Shown one piece after another: positions 15,642 through 25,568 of a stretch of DNA of 61,836 nt. Position 1 is the first letter of the stretch. Each line of letters starts with the position of its first letter. Source of the stretch: Candidatus Ryanbacteria bacterium (GTDB taxonomy: Bacteria; Patescibacteriota; Minisyncoccia; Ryanbacterales; GWA2-47-10b); the NCBI GenBank assembly GCA_009691385.1, contig SICQ01000001.1:1-61836 (forward strand), in the 5' to 3' direction. The notes below the pieces were generated by a model that ran no database searches, had not been told where the DNA came from, and was given only the letters and a program-made list of their open reading frames with translations. Position numbers and translations under genes: made by a program.

Positions 15642-16539
15642 TTTTACGGGAGCTGTCACCGTTGTCGCGAGTTTTTTGGCTGTTTTCGGTATCATCATAC
15701 CGGCGCTTGCACCTCCCGCAGAACACCTCGTGCCACTACCTCCGCCAGCGCACATCGTGCTCGACAGTACCTATACCGCGCAAAGCATGTTGGTAGCTGA
15801 TCTGGGTGGCGCGTGGCGCACCGCAGAGCGAGAGCCCTTTGCGCGCCGTCCTATCGCAAGTATTTCCAAAGTCATGACTGGTCTTTTAGCACTCGAAGTC
15901 CTACCACTCAATACGCCCATCATCCTTTCGAAAGAAGCAATCAAGACGCAGGGTGAGGTGGGTGATTTTCAAGAAGGTGAAGTATTTGCTCTGCGCGACG
16001 CGCTGTACGCGCTCATGATGCCGTCATCAAATGACATGGCGATGGCAATAGCAGAAACAGTAGGCGAGCGTCTTGGCGGAGACACCTTTGATGAAAAGAT
16101 AGAGCGCTTTGTAGTGCTCATGAATAAAAAAGCTGACACGCTTGGCATGCATAATACGGCGTATCGCAATCCTACAGGTCTTGATCTTGATGATGGTAAG
16201 CCAAGTAATTTTTCTTCAGCAAATGATTTACTCAAACTTATCCAGTTTTCGATGAAAACGCCGCTTTTGTGGGAACCATCGCGCGAAGGTGGCAAGATTA
16301 TCACTTCGTTTGGGCAAGTACGCCACGAAATAATCAATAGCAACGCACTCACCCCCTATATCGTAAACTTTGTAGGCAGCAAGACGGGTACTACCGAAAG
16401 AGCGGGGGAATCTATCATCATCATATATGAAACAATACTCGGGAGGCCGCAAGCTCTCATTATGCTTAGCGCCGAACCAGGACAGCGAATCATCGAGGCG
16501 TCATCCCTCCTCCTCAAGACTGGAGGTATGCTACCATAG
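15634..16539 (+). CDS. D-alanyl-D-alanine carboxypeptidase (S11, PBP5-like)
   Basis: SxxK (SISK), SxN (SSN) and KTG (KTGTT) motifs. N-terminal membrane helix. 8-nt overlap with scpB. Confidence 0.85.
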   Translation: MGDFTGAVTVVASFLAVFGIIIPALAPPAEHLVPLPPPAHIVLDSTYTAQSMLVADLGGAWRTAEREPFARRPIASISKVMTGLLALEVLPLNTPIILSKEAIKTQGEVGDFQEGEVFALRDALYALMMPSSNDMAMAIAETVGERLGGDTFDEKIERFVVLMNKKADTLGMHNTAYRNPTGLDLDDGKPSNFSSANDLLKLIQFSMKTPLLWEPSREGGKIITSFGQVRHEIINSNALTPYIVNFVGSKTGTTERAGESIIIIYETILGRPQALIMLSAEPGQRIIEASSLLLKTGGMLP

Positions 16540-16544
16540 AGGGT

Positions 16545-17615
16545 ATGCAGGAGGCAGTATTGCTTGATGTATTAAAGGTTTTCGGTCTCTCGACCCTTTC
16601 TTTTTTCGTGGCTTTTTTGGCGACGCCTCTTTTGACGCATTATCTGTATGCGTACAAGATGTGGCGGCCCCATACTTCGCGCAAAGCAACTACGGGCGAG
16701 CATGCATCTGTCATCTCGGGCATCATGCGCGAGCGCACACGCGTGGAGACACCGCGTATGGGTGGGATTTTAATCTGGGGTACTACGGTTTTTATCGCAC
16801 TCTGCTTGTGGGCATTTAGTCACCTGTACGACAACACGCTTTTTGCAAAACTAACATTTCTCTCACGCAATCAGACTTGGCTACCATTTGCCGCCTTGGT
16901 CGCAGGATCTCTCATAGGCCTCCTCGATGACTGGATGGCAGTGCGCGGCCGTGATACCTATGTCGGCGGCGGACTTGATCTAAAAGCTCGGGTTGGCGCG
17001 GTCATCGTCATCGGTGCGGTTGGCGCGTGGTGGTTTTATAGTCAGCTTGAGATGCGCGGCATTCATATACCATTTTGGGGCGATCTAACACTTGGTATTT
17101 TCTTTATACCGTTTTTTATTTTCACCATGCTTGCGGTATTTGCGGGCGGCGTGATTGACGGACTTGATGGTTTGGCAGGCGGAGTGTTTGCATCGATTCT
17201 TGCCGCGTATGGTGGTATTGCATTTTTTCAGCACCAGCTTGATCTTGCTACATTTCTCGGAGTCACTATCGGCGCGCTGCTGGCATTTTTGTGGTACAAC
17301 ATTCCACCCGCGCGTTTTTATATGGGTGAGACTGGTATGCTCGGACTTACCTCAATGCTGACAGTCATCGCGTTTCTCACGGGCGCGGTAGCGGTCTTGC
17401 CTATCATCGCATTCCCGCTGGTGGCGGAGGTAGCATCTGATATCATACAAATCGCATCAAAGCATTTTCGTGGCAAAAAAGTCTTTTTAGCAGCTCCCAT
17501 TCATCATCACTTTGAAGCGTTGGGCTGGCCACACTACAAGGTAACTATGCGATTTTGGATTGTCGGCGTTGTTTGTGCGATTATGGGTATGGTGATCCAT
17601 CTCATCGGAAAATAA
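16545..17615 (+). CDS. mraY: phospho-N-acetylmuramoyl-pentapeptide transferase
   Basis: LDDWMAV, DGLDGLAGG and APIHHHFE motifs. 10-TM profile. Confidence 0.95.
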   Translation: MQEAVLLDVLKVFGLSTLSFFVAFLATPLLTHYLYAYKMWRPHTSRKATTGEHASVISGIMRERTRVETPRMGGILIWGTTVFIALCLWAFSHLYDNTLFAKLTFLSRNQTWLPFAALVAGSLIGLLDDWMAVRGRDTYVGGGLDLKARVGAVIVIGAVGAWWFYSQLEMRGIHIPFWGDLTLGIFFIPFFIFTMLAVFAGGVIDGLDGLAGGVFASILAAYGGIAFFQHQLDLATFLGVTIGALLAFLWYNIPPARFYMGETGMLGLTSMLTVIAFLTGAVAVLPIIAFPLVAEVASDIIQIASKHFRGKKVFLAAPIHHHFEALGWPHYKVTMRFWIVGVVCAIMGMVIHLIGK

Positions 17616-17616
17616 T

Positions 17617-19194
17617 ATGGCAGCATATTCATACATCATCAAAGGTGGCACTATCATCGACGGTTCGGGGTTTCCTATGTACCGTGGCGATGTTGGTATT
17701 TCGGGCGAAATAATCAAAGAGATTGGATCGGTAGGCAGAGGGCGGGCGACGCGCGTCATTGACGCGGCTGGCAAATACATCGTACCCGGATTTATCGATG
17801 TCACTAATCATTCGGATACTCACTGGACGCTCTTTACCTATCCAGCTCAAGAAAACTTGCTTGCGCAAGGTATCACGACGATTATCGGCGGCGTGTGCGG
17901 ATCGTCACTCGCACCTCTCGTCGATCAGAAAGCTATAAGCTCCGTACAAAAATGGACCGACGCATCAAACTTTAATATCAATTGGCGTAGTATGGAAGAA
18001 TTTTATGGCGAGCTTGATAGACATCCCATGGGAGTCAATGTGGGTAGTATGGTAGGGTACTCAACATTGCGTCATAATATCACCGATGATGACGCGCGCG
18101 AGCTCACCCACCAAGAACTTGAATCAATGAAGATGCTTCTCAAACGATCACTTGATGAAGGCGCCTTTGGACTTTCGATAGGATTGGCGCACATACCAAA
18201 TACACTTGCGATCCAAGAAGAAATCGTCGAGCTTACACGCATTGTAGCCAACGAAGGCAAGGTGATCAGCGTCCATATGCGTAACGAAGGTCGCCGACTG
18301 CTTTCATCGGTGGCAGAGGTTATCAATATCGCACGGTCTTCAGGCGCGCAGGTACATATTGCACACTTTAAGGCTATTGGCAGAAAAGCGTGGCAAGATT
18401 TTCCCAAGGCGCTCACTATCATCCGTAAGGCACGCAAATATGAAAATTTGCCCATATCGGCTGATTTTTTCCCCTATCTACGCACAGGGTCATTACTTTC
18501 AAACCTTCTCCCCGAATGGATTATGGAAGGGGATCGCGCAAAGATTTTGGCCACTCTCTCTGATCCTCATGGGCGCGAGACGATACTCGAAGCTATCCGC
18601 AGTATTACGCTTCACTATGATAATATCGTGATCGCGGAAGCGCAAAAAGATAAAAAAATTATTGGCAAAACAATCACCCAGATCGCCACGCAATCAGGAC
18701 TATCGCCCGAAGAAACGCTCTTGCAGATACTAGTGGTCAATGGTTTGAGTATCACTATTTTTTCAAAAACACTCAAAAGCAGACATCTCGTCACTATCGC
18801 CAAAGAACCCTACAGCATGTTTGCATCTGACGGCGTGGGTGACCCGAAAGGGCGAAAAGACCTGACGCATCCGCGCTCATACGGCGCGGCACCTCGCTAC
18901 ATTGATCGCCTCGTACGCAAATCAAAAGTGTTTTCGTGGGAAGAAGCTATCAAGCGCATGACAGCGATACCGGCGGCACATCTTGGGATCGCGGGTGATC
19001 GCGGATCGCTCAAAAAAGGCGCTTTGGCAGATATTGTGATTATCGACCCTGACGGCATTCACGATACCGCCACCTATAGCGCACCTTATCAATATCCAAA
19101 AGGAATCGAATATGTCTTTATCAACGGACGGCTTGCAATCGAAAAAGGAGCACCTACGGGAGCGCTTGCAGGCAAGATTCTTCGTCGCGGGTAA
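17617..19194 (+). CDS. N-acyl-D-amino-acid deacylase family amidohydrolase (D-aminoacylase-like)
   Basis: IIKGGTIIDGSG...DVGISGEIIKEIG...PGFIDVTNHSD...GITTIIGGVCGSSLAP follows the D-aminoacylase N-terminal pattern, including the GxCG cysteine. It starts 1 nt after the mraY stop. Confidence 0.8.
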   Translation: MAAYSYIIKGGTIIDGSGFPMYRGDVGISGEIIKEIGSVGRGRATRVIDAAGKYIVPGFIDVTNHSDTHWTLFTYPAQENLLAQGITTIIGGVCGSSLAPLVDQKAISSVQKWTDASNFNINWRSMEEFYGELDRHPMGVNVGSMVGYSTLRHNITDDDARELTHQELESMKMLLKRSLDEGAFGLSIGLAHIPNTLAIQEEIVELTRIVANEGKVISVHMRNEGRRLLSSVAEVINIARSSGAQVHIAHFKAIGRKAWQDFPKALTIIRKARKYENLPISADFFPYLRTGSLLSNLLPEWIMEGDRAKILATLSDPHGRETILEAIRSITLHYDNIVIAEAQKDKKIIGKTITQIATQSGLSPEETLLQILVVNGLSITIFSKTLKSRHLVTIAKEPYSMFASDGVGDPKGRKDLTHPRSYGAAPRYIDRLVRKSKVFSWEEAIKRMTAIPAAHLGIAGDRGSLKKGALADIVIIDPDGIHDTATYSAPYQYPKGIEYVFINGRLAIEKGAPTGALAGKILRRG

Positions 19195-20470
19195 ACGCGA
19201 CCCTGAAATACTGATCTTAGGACTCGGTACACTTGGCGGAGGTGTTGGTGTCGCGCGCTTTTTAGCGGACCTTGGGTATCGTCTGACTATTACTGACCTT
19301 CGCTCAAAAAAAGAACTCGCCACTTCACTCGCACAACTCAAACGATATACGCATATCCGTTATACGCTCGGCAAGCATGACCTCCGCGATATCCAAAGGG
19401 CTGATCTGGTAGTCAAAAACCCCGCGGTTCCGCTTGAATCTTCATTTGTCCGCGCGGCAAAAAAGAAAAAGATACCTGTAACCTGCGATGCCGATATTTT
19501 TCTGACGCTCGTACCGCGTGGGCGCATTATCGGCGTCACGGGTACCAAAGGAAAGACCACGACGACACTTCTCATACAACACCTTCTCGGTAAAAAAGCA
19601 GCAGCGGTAGGAGTGCCGGGCGTATCATTTTTTGATGTATTTACAACGCGCACACTACCAGAGTTTGTGGTAGCAGAATTTTCAAGCTTTGATCTTGATT
19701 TGGTCTCGCACAGCCCGCCCGTAGTAGTCATCACATCTCTTTTCGCTGATCACCTCAATCGTTATTCATCATTTGCCGCGTACGCAAAAGCAAAGATGAA
19801 TATCGTAGCCAAGCATACACAAAAAGATCGGGCGTTTGTATGGTACAGCCCTGAACTTATACATGCATTTCCCAAATCATATCGTGGCAATCGCATGTGG
19901 GTAAGCGAGCGCCAATTGCCACCGTATGCAAGTAAAGCATCGTGGCGCGTCGCACGGCCCGCAATCGCGCTCGCAGTCGCCATTGCGCGTACATTGGGAA
20001 TATCCGAACGAGATATTAAAAAGCGCCTCTTGTCATTTGAGGCGCCTACAGGTCGCCTTGAGATAATACGCAAGACACGCACTACGGTTTTTATTGATGA
20101 CACGACCGCGACCAATCCGGGAGGCGCTGCGTTTTCACTCGCTGCTGTCGCGCGTGAATGGAAATCGATCACTATCATCGCGGGCGGTGAAGATAAAAAA
20201 TTTCCTGACAAAGATGTGCGCGTATACGCTGACGCTATCAAAAAATATCATCCGCGCGTGATACTCTTGCCGGGATCGTTGAGCATTAAGCTCAAAAAAT
20301 ATATCGGTACTGTAGAGTACACAAAAACTATGGCGGAGGCGGTGCGCTTGGCGCAGCGTAGTAAAGGCGCAGTAGTACTCTTACCGGGGGCGGCGAGCTT
20401 TAATATGTTTCGCAACGAATATGACAGGAGCGCACAGTTTGTGCGCGCCGTAAAACGCCTACGCCGATGA
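19112..20470 (+). CDS. murD: UDP-N-acetylmuramoylalanine--D-glutamate ligase
   Basis: ILILGLGTLGGGVGVARFL Rossmann N-terminus and GVTGTKGKTTT P-loop. The start is uncertain: the ATG at 19112 overlaps the upstream gene by 83 nt, and the TTG at 19166 is an alternative. Confidence 0.9.
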   Translation: MSLSTDGLQSKKEHLRERLQARFFVAGKRDPEILILGLGTLGGGVGVARFLADLGYRLTITDLRSKKELATSLAQLKRYTHIRYTLGKHDLRDIQRADLVVKNPAVPLESSFVRAAKKKKIPVTCDADIFLTLVPRGRIIGVTGTKGKTTTTLLIQHLLGKKAAAVGVPGVSFFDVFTTRTLPEFVVAEFSSFDLDLVSHSPPVVVITSLFADHLNRYSSFAAYAKAKMNIVAKHTQKDRAFVWYSPELIHAFPKSYRGNRMWVSERQLPPYASKASWRVARPAIALAVAIARTLGISERDIKKRLLSFEAPTGRLEIIRKTRTTVFIDDTTATNPGGAAFSLAAVAREWKSITIIAGGEDKKFPDKDVRVYADAIKKYHPRVILLPGSLSIKLKKYIGTVEYTKTMAEAVRLAQRSKGAVVLLPGAASFNMFRNEYDRSAQFVRAVKRLRR

Positions 20471-21561
20471 CCAAACATGCTGATAAAATATTGCTGGGTG
20501 TGATCGCGTTTTTACTGATAGTAGGCATGATCACTTTTGCGTCAGCATCAGCGCCACGATCAGTACGCAACTATGGCAATTCGTATTCGCAGTTTTTACG
20601 CCAACTTGTTCAAGGACTTGGGCTCGGAGGTCTTTTTTTTATGTTGGGTCTACGCGCGCCTGTTGTAATCTGGAAAAAATGGGCGCCCCTCATGCTCATA
20701 GGAAGTTTACTCATCATGCTTGCTATGCTCACGATACCGAGTATCAGCTTGACGGTAGGTGGCGCAACCCGTTGGATTGTTCTTTTTGGTGTTTCATTTC
20801 AGCCGTCCGAACTACTCAAGTTTGCATTTATCGCGTATCTCGCGGCATGGATTCATTCGCGCAAACGCGAAATCGGCAGTTTTACTTTTGGTCTCCTGCC
20901 GTTTCTTGCCATCACGGGTATCATAGGAGCTTTTTTACTTTTAGAACCTGACCTTGGTACCTTCGGTGTTATCGCGTGTACATCGCTCGGTATGTTTGTC
21001 ATGGGAGGTGGGCATATGAAGCAAGTGGGTATTATCATTTTGCTTGGCTTACTGTTTTTGATAGGTATGAGTATTTTGGAACCATATCGTATAAATCGCT
21101 GGCTCGTATTTCTCGATCCAAATACCGATCCGCAGGGCATCGGCTATCAGATCAACCAAGCGCGTCTTGCGATAGGCTCGGGCGGGCTGTGGGGTAGGGG
21201 AGTTGGCCTTTCGCGACAAAAGTTTTATCTACCGGAACCTGATGGTGACGCGGTCTTTGCAGTGTTCGCCGAAGAGTACGGATTTATAGGGGTCATCATA
21301 CTCATCGGCGCCTTTTTTCTCTTCGCCGTTCGTGGTATGATGGCGGCAGCACATACGCGCGATTCCTTTACCCAGCTTCTAGCTTCTGGCATTACGCTCC
21401 TAGTTGTGACGCAAGCAATCATCAATACCGCGGCGCTCTCGGGACTCTTGCCGCTGACCGGCATTCCCTTGCCATTTATGAGTTTGGGTGGCACGGCGGT
21501 AGCATTTCTCCTTTTTGAAATGGGTGTGCTCGTACAAATCTCAAAACGCAAACATATATGA
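20467..21561 (+). CDS. ftsW: SEDS-family peptidoglycan glycosyltransferase (FtsW/RodA)
   Basis: About 10-TM SEDS profile (PSELLKF, PEPDGDAVFAVFAEEYGFIG, LPFMSLGGTA). It sits in the murD-ftsW-murG position. ATGA overlaps on both sides. Confidence 0.85.
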   Translation: MTKHADKILLGVIAFLLIVGMITFASASAPRSVRNYGNSYSQFLRQLVQGLGLGGLFFMLGLRAPVVIWKKWAPLMLIGSLLIMLAMLTIPSISLTVGGATRWIVLFGVSFQPSELLKFAFIAYLAAWIHSRKREIGSFTFGLLPFLAITGIIGAFLLLEPDLGTFGVIACTSLGMFVMGGGHMKQVGIIILLGLLFLIGMSILEPYRINRWLVFLDPNTDPQGIGYQINQARLAIGSGGLWGRGVGLSRQKFYLPEPDGDAVFAVFAEEYGFIGVIILIGAFFLFAVRGMMAAAHTRDSFTQLLASGITLLVVTQAIINTAALSGLLPLTGIPLPFMSLGGTAVAFLLFEMGVLVQISKRKHI

Positions 21562-22682
21562 AAATAGTACTCTTGGGCGGAGGTACCGGTGGACATTTTT
21601 ATCCTCTCATGGCTGTCGCCCGTTCACTCCGCGACATCGCAGAAGAAGAACGGATCGTATCACTTGACCTCGTGCTCATGGGTGACAAACCCTTTGACCC
21701 TGAGGTGATGCGTGAAGAATCAGTCTCATTTGAGATGATACCCGCGGGGAAGATGCGCCGTTATTTTTCACTGCTCAATTTTTCTGACAGCATCAAAACC
21801 TTGCGTGGCGTTTTTCGCGCGCTTTGGAAGTTCACCACTCATCCGCCTGATATTATTTTTTCAAAAGGTGGCTATGATGCGTTCCCGGTACTCGTTGCCG
21901 CGCGCCTCTATCGTATACCCGTCATGATTCACGAGTCAGACGCGATACCGGGCGCGGTCAATACTTGGGCTGCCAAATTCGCCCGCCGCATTGGTGTATC
22001 ATTTCCAGAGGCAGCAAAACATTTCCCGCCTGATAAAGTGGCGCTCTTGGGCAACCCTATACGCCCCGGCATTTTGGGTGGCTCGTCAGACGAAGCGTAT
22101 GATATTTTCAATCTAGAGACGGGCGTGCCTATCGTGCTTATCTTGGGTGGATCACAGGGTGCACAAAAGATAAATGATCTTATACTTTCAACGCTTTCCG
22201 AGATGGTAGAAAAGTTTCAGATTATCCATTCAACGGGTGTGGCAAACCACGACATGGTCGCCAAAGAAGCCGAAGTAGCGCTGGGTGATTCACCCCACAA
22301 ATCGCGCTATCATCATTTCCCCCTCATGACTGCGAGCCAGTTACGCAACGCCGCGTTTGTATCCAATGTAGCGGTATCGCGCGCGGGCGCGGGTGGAATC
22401 TTTGAGCTTGCTGCGTGGCATTTGCCGGCGATTCTCGTACCCATCACTGATTCCGCGCAAAATCATCAGCGCGAAAACGCCTACAACTACGCGCGCACGG
22501 GAGCTGCTATCGTTGTAGAAGAATCAAACCTCACGCCTCATGTTCTGATATCAGAAATACAAAAAATCATCACTGATACAGCGCGCGCCGCAGAGATGCG
22601 TCAGGCGGCAGGCACCTTTGCTCGTATTGATGCGTCACGCAAGATTGCCCACGAGCTTATTCGCCTCGGTGTCCATGAATAA
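21558..22682 (+). CDS. murG: undecaprenyldiphospho-muramoylpentapeptide beta-N-acetylglucosaminyltransferase
   Basis: GGGTGGHFYP glycine loop and HQRENA near the C-terminus. dcw context. Confidence 0.9.
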   Translation: MKIVLLGGGTGGHFYPLMAVARSLRDIAEEERIVSLDLVLMGDKPFDPEVMREESVSFEMIPAGKMRRYFSLLNFSDSIKTLRGVFRALWKFTTHPPDIIFSKGGYDAFPVLVAARLYRIPVMIHESDAIPGAVNTWAAKFARRIGVSFPEAAKHFPPDKVALLGNPIRPGILGGSSDEAYDIFNLETGVPIVLILGGSQGAQKINDLILSTLSEMVEKFQIIHSTGVANHDMVAKEAEVALGDSPHKSRYHHFPLMTASQLRNAAFVSNVAVSRAGAGGIFELAAWHLPAILVPITDSAQNHQRENAYNYARTGAAIVVEESNLTPHVLISEIQKIITDTARAAEMRQAAGTFARIDASRKIAHELIRLGVHE

Positions 22683-24051
22683 ACCTGTACGCGTACGCAT
22701 CGCGCCATCTCCTACCGGCTTTATGCATATCGGTACGGCTCGCACCGCGCTTTTCAATTTTATCTTTGCCAAACAACACGGTGGTACTTTTTTACTACGC
22801 ATTGAAAACACCGATAAAGAACGCTCAAAAAAAGAATTTGAAGACGATATCATACAAGGCCTTGCGTGGCTCGGGCTTGATCATAGTGAATTTCACCGGC
22901 AATCTGAATATTTACCGACTCATGCAAAATATCTAGAATCACTCCTTGCTGACGGCAAAGCATTTTGGTGCACGCATACTACCGAAGAACTTGAAGCTGA
23001 AGGTGAGCATCAACGCGAAGCCAAAGAACCCCCGCGCCATATTTGCGAGCATCGCGACACGGACAAAACTTCGGGCATCGTGCGCCTACGCAACGACGAG
23101 CGCGCATCCATCGTTATCCATGATATGATCCGCGGCGATATTATCTATGACCCACAACTGTTTGGCGATATTTCTTTGGCGAAAAATCTTGCCGAACCTC
23201 TCTATAATTTTGTCGTGACTGTTGATGATCATGAGATGAATATCTCGCATGTCATCAGAGGTGAAGACCACATCACCAACACACCAAAGCAAATTCTCAT
23301 TGGTCGCGCGCTTGGCTTTACTGAACCCGAGTGGGCACACTTGCCACTACTACTTGCCAAAGATCGCACCAAACTTTCAAAGCGCAATGGCGCGGTGTCA
23401 GTAGGGGAGTATCAAAAAAATGGCTATATCCGTGAAGCGATCATTAACTTTATCGCGTTTTTAGGATGGCACCCCAAAGATGAAGTAGGTGAAGTTTTAG
23501 ATCTTGAAACTATTATTAAAGTATTTGATATCACGCGCGCGCAACGTGGCGGAGCCGTCGTTGATACCGAAAAGCTTGATTGGCTCAACCGTGAACACAT
23601 CAAGCGTTTGGCCCCTGAAGAAAAAATCAATCGTGCCGAACCCTTTATAAACCCTGCTACCAAAGAAAAACTCGGCTCGCGCGTAGCCCAATATATACTG
23701 GCGGTACTCCCGCGGGTCACCAAGCTCACCGAGATAGACGCGATGATCAATGATCTATTGGAGATACCGCCGTACGACGCTGAACTTCTTTTATGGAAAG
23801 GTAAACTTGATCGGGCAAAAGTAAAAGAGACTCTCAGTGCCATTCTCTCGATACTAAAAAATCCTGATACCGCCGAACAAGATTTCAAGCCGCTGATAGA
23901 AAAAGAAGGCAACGGCGCAGTACTCTGGCCACTTCGTACCGCACTCTCAGGGCGCGCCATATCACCCGGACCTTATGAACTCTTAAGCGCTTTTGGGCTT
24001 GATGTAGCCGAGAGGCGCATACAAAATGCTATCAGCAAACTCGATGCGTAG
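22675..24051 (+). CDS. gltX: glutamyl-tRNA synthetase
   Basis: RVRIAPSPTGFMHIGTARTALFN (HIGH) and KLSKRNG (KMSKS). The ATG at 22675 overlaps the murG stop by 8 nt. The ORF extension to 22618 is rejected. Confidence 0.9.
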   Translation: MNKPVRVRIAPSPTGFMHIGTARTALFNFIFAKQHGGTFLLRIENTDKERSKKEFEDDIIQGLAWLGLDHSEFHRQSEYLPTHAKYLESLLADGKAFWCTHTTEELEAEGEHQREAKEPPRHICEHRDTDKTSGIVRLRNDERASIVIHDMIRGDIIYDPQLFGDISLAKNLAEPLYNFVVTVDDHEMNISHVIRGEDHITNTPKQILIGRALGFTEPEWAHLPLLLAKDRTKLSKRNGAVSVGEYQKNGYIREAIINFIAFLGWHPKDEVGEVLDLETIIKVFDITRAQRGGAVVDTEKLDWLNREHIKRLAPEEKINRAEPFINPATKEKLGSRVAQYILAVLPRVTKLTEIDAMINDLLEIPPYDAELLLWKGKLDRAKVKETLSAILSILKNPDTAEQDFKPLIEKEGNGAVLWPLRTALSGRAISPGPYELLSAFGLDVAERRIQNAISKLDA

Positions 24052-25294
24052 ATTGCATCGCCTTGCTATCATCTCCGCGCTTGCTCTTGCTGTTTTTCCG
24101 TTTATTGCTGGATCTGCTTCCGTCGATGAATTACGCCAAAAAATATCTGGCAGCGAATCCGAGATAAAAAAGCTTGAAGCCGAGATCGCCCAATATCAAG
24201 ATGCACTTGATAAACAGTCAAACCAATCACAAACACTGAAAGGTGAGATTAAAAAACTTGAAACCCAGATAAAGAAGATGAACACCGATATCAAGCTCAC
24301 CGAGCAACAAATACAGCGCACCGAACTACGCCTCGAGGAGCTTGATATTGAAATCACCGAAAAGAAATCGGCCCTCGATACTGAAAAAGAAGTACTCGGG
24401 TCACTCGTCAGATCTCTGTACGAAGAAGACGACACCTCAATAATAGAAATATTGGCAGGTTACGGCACGCTGTCTGAATTTTTTGAAAAACGAGAATCGA
24501 CCGAAGCAGTGCAAGAACAGCTCGGGCAAAGCTTGGCATCGTTGCGTAAACACAAAGAAAGCTTAGAGACCGAAGCTGAACGCAAAAAACGCGAAGAAGC
24601 CGAGCTCCTTTCGCGCCGCAAAGATTTGAGCGGCCGCAGGTCAGTACAAGAAACTATCAATCAATCAAAATCAAAACTACTCTCGGAAAGTAAAAACCAA
24701 GAAACTAAATACCAACAGCTTTTGCGCGAACGGGCGGAAAAGCGCGCGCTTATCCAAAAAGAGCTCCAAGCGGTTGAAGATGAATTGCGTAGGTCTATTG
24801 ATCCGTCACTCTTGCCTACCAAGCGTTCGGGTGTGCTGGGCTGGCCTGTAGAAAACCCAAAAGTGACGCAGGGCTTTGGATTCACCGAGTTTGCCACCAC
24901 CCAAGGATCTGATGTGTACAAGGGTAAGGGTCATAACGGTATCGACTTCAAAGCAGCTATAGGAGCCCGTATTTTGGCCTCTGAAGCCGGTATTGTGAAG
25001 GATTTGGGTAATACTGATACCACCTGCCCAGGCGGCTCATATGGCCGATGGGTGATCATCGAGCACCCAAATAACCTCTCGACACTTTATGCACATTTCT
25101 CAGGCATTTCCGTCACCCGCGGCCAGCAAGTAAGTAGGGGAGATCTCATAGGGTTTGGAGGTGATACGGGCTATGTGACGGGCCCGCACCTGCACTTTAC
25201 GGTATACGCCAGCAATACCTATCGGCTTGCCAAGACCAAAAACTGCGGTATGGTACCCGCCGGTGGCTATCTCAACCCACTCGAATACCTCTAG
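24044..25294 (+). CDS. M23 peptidase with N-terminal coiled coil (EnvC-like)
   Basis: Signal or anchor helix, about 220 aa of heptad-rich coiled coil, then an M23 core: GHNGIDF, LYAHFS, GPHLHFTVY. Confidence 0.85.
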   Translation: MRRLHRLAIISALALAVFPFIAGSASVDELRQKISGSESEIKKLEAEIAQYQDALDKQSNQSQTLKGEIKKLETQIKKMNTDIKLTEQQIQRTELRLEELDIEITEKKSALDTEKEVLGSLVRSLYEEDDTSIIEILAGYGTLSEFFEKRESTEAVQEQLGQSLASLRKHKESLETEAERKKREEAELLSRRKDLSGRRSVQETINQSKSKLLSESKNQETKYQQLLRERAEKRALIQKELQAVEDELRRSIDPSLLPTKRSGVLGWPVENPKVTQGFGFTEFATTQGSDVYKGKGHNGIDFKAAIGARILASEAGIVKDLGNTDTTCPGGSYGRWVIIEHPNNLSTLYAHFSGISVTRGQQVSRGDLIGFGGDTGYVTGPHLHFTVYASNTYRLAKTKNCGMVPAGGYLNPLEYL

Positions 25295-25316
25295 AATATT
25301 TGATATAATAAAACCT

Positions 25317-25568
25317 ATGGATCGTACGAACCGCATCAATCGCGCGACAACACGCTATAGCAAAGGCATTATACAACTTGGTATCATCATCATACTTTCG
25401 GTGGTGATTTTGAGCTTGCTGGGTGTATCACTAAGTTCACTTGTCAACAATAAAACGCTCGCAGAAAATTTTGTATTTTTGTGGGAGGGGATCAAATGGG
25501 TTTGGACAAACTACGCGGGCGCATTCTTTTGGAAAATTTGGGATCTCGTCTCAAATATCTGGAAATAA
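25317..25568 (+). CDS. small membrane protein (83 aa)
   Basis: The ATG at 25317 follows the upstream stop. One clear TM helix IIQLGIIIILSVVILSLLGV and a Trp-rich tail. No family recognised. Confidence 0.5.
   Translation: MDRTNRINRATTRYSKGIIQLGIIIILSVVILSLLGVSLSSLVNNKTLAENFVFLWEGIKWVWTNYAGAFFWKIWDLVSNIWK

Noticed and set aside
19762-20241. 159-aa minus-strand ORF
   Set aside because: It is antisense to murD and has no signals of its own.
22618-22674. Upstream ORF extensions of gltX, and similarly of cysS (33819), dnaB (35286), frr (55764), the ATPase (41655), rmuC (39041), mreB-2 (58231) and murC (61804)
   Set aside because: In each case the family homology starts at an internal ATG, and the extension lies inside the preceding gene.
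23424-23960. 178-aa minus-strand ORF
   Set aside because: It is antisense to gltX. It is a Ser-rich shadow ORF.
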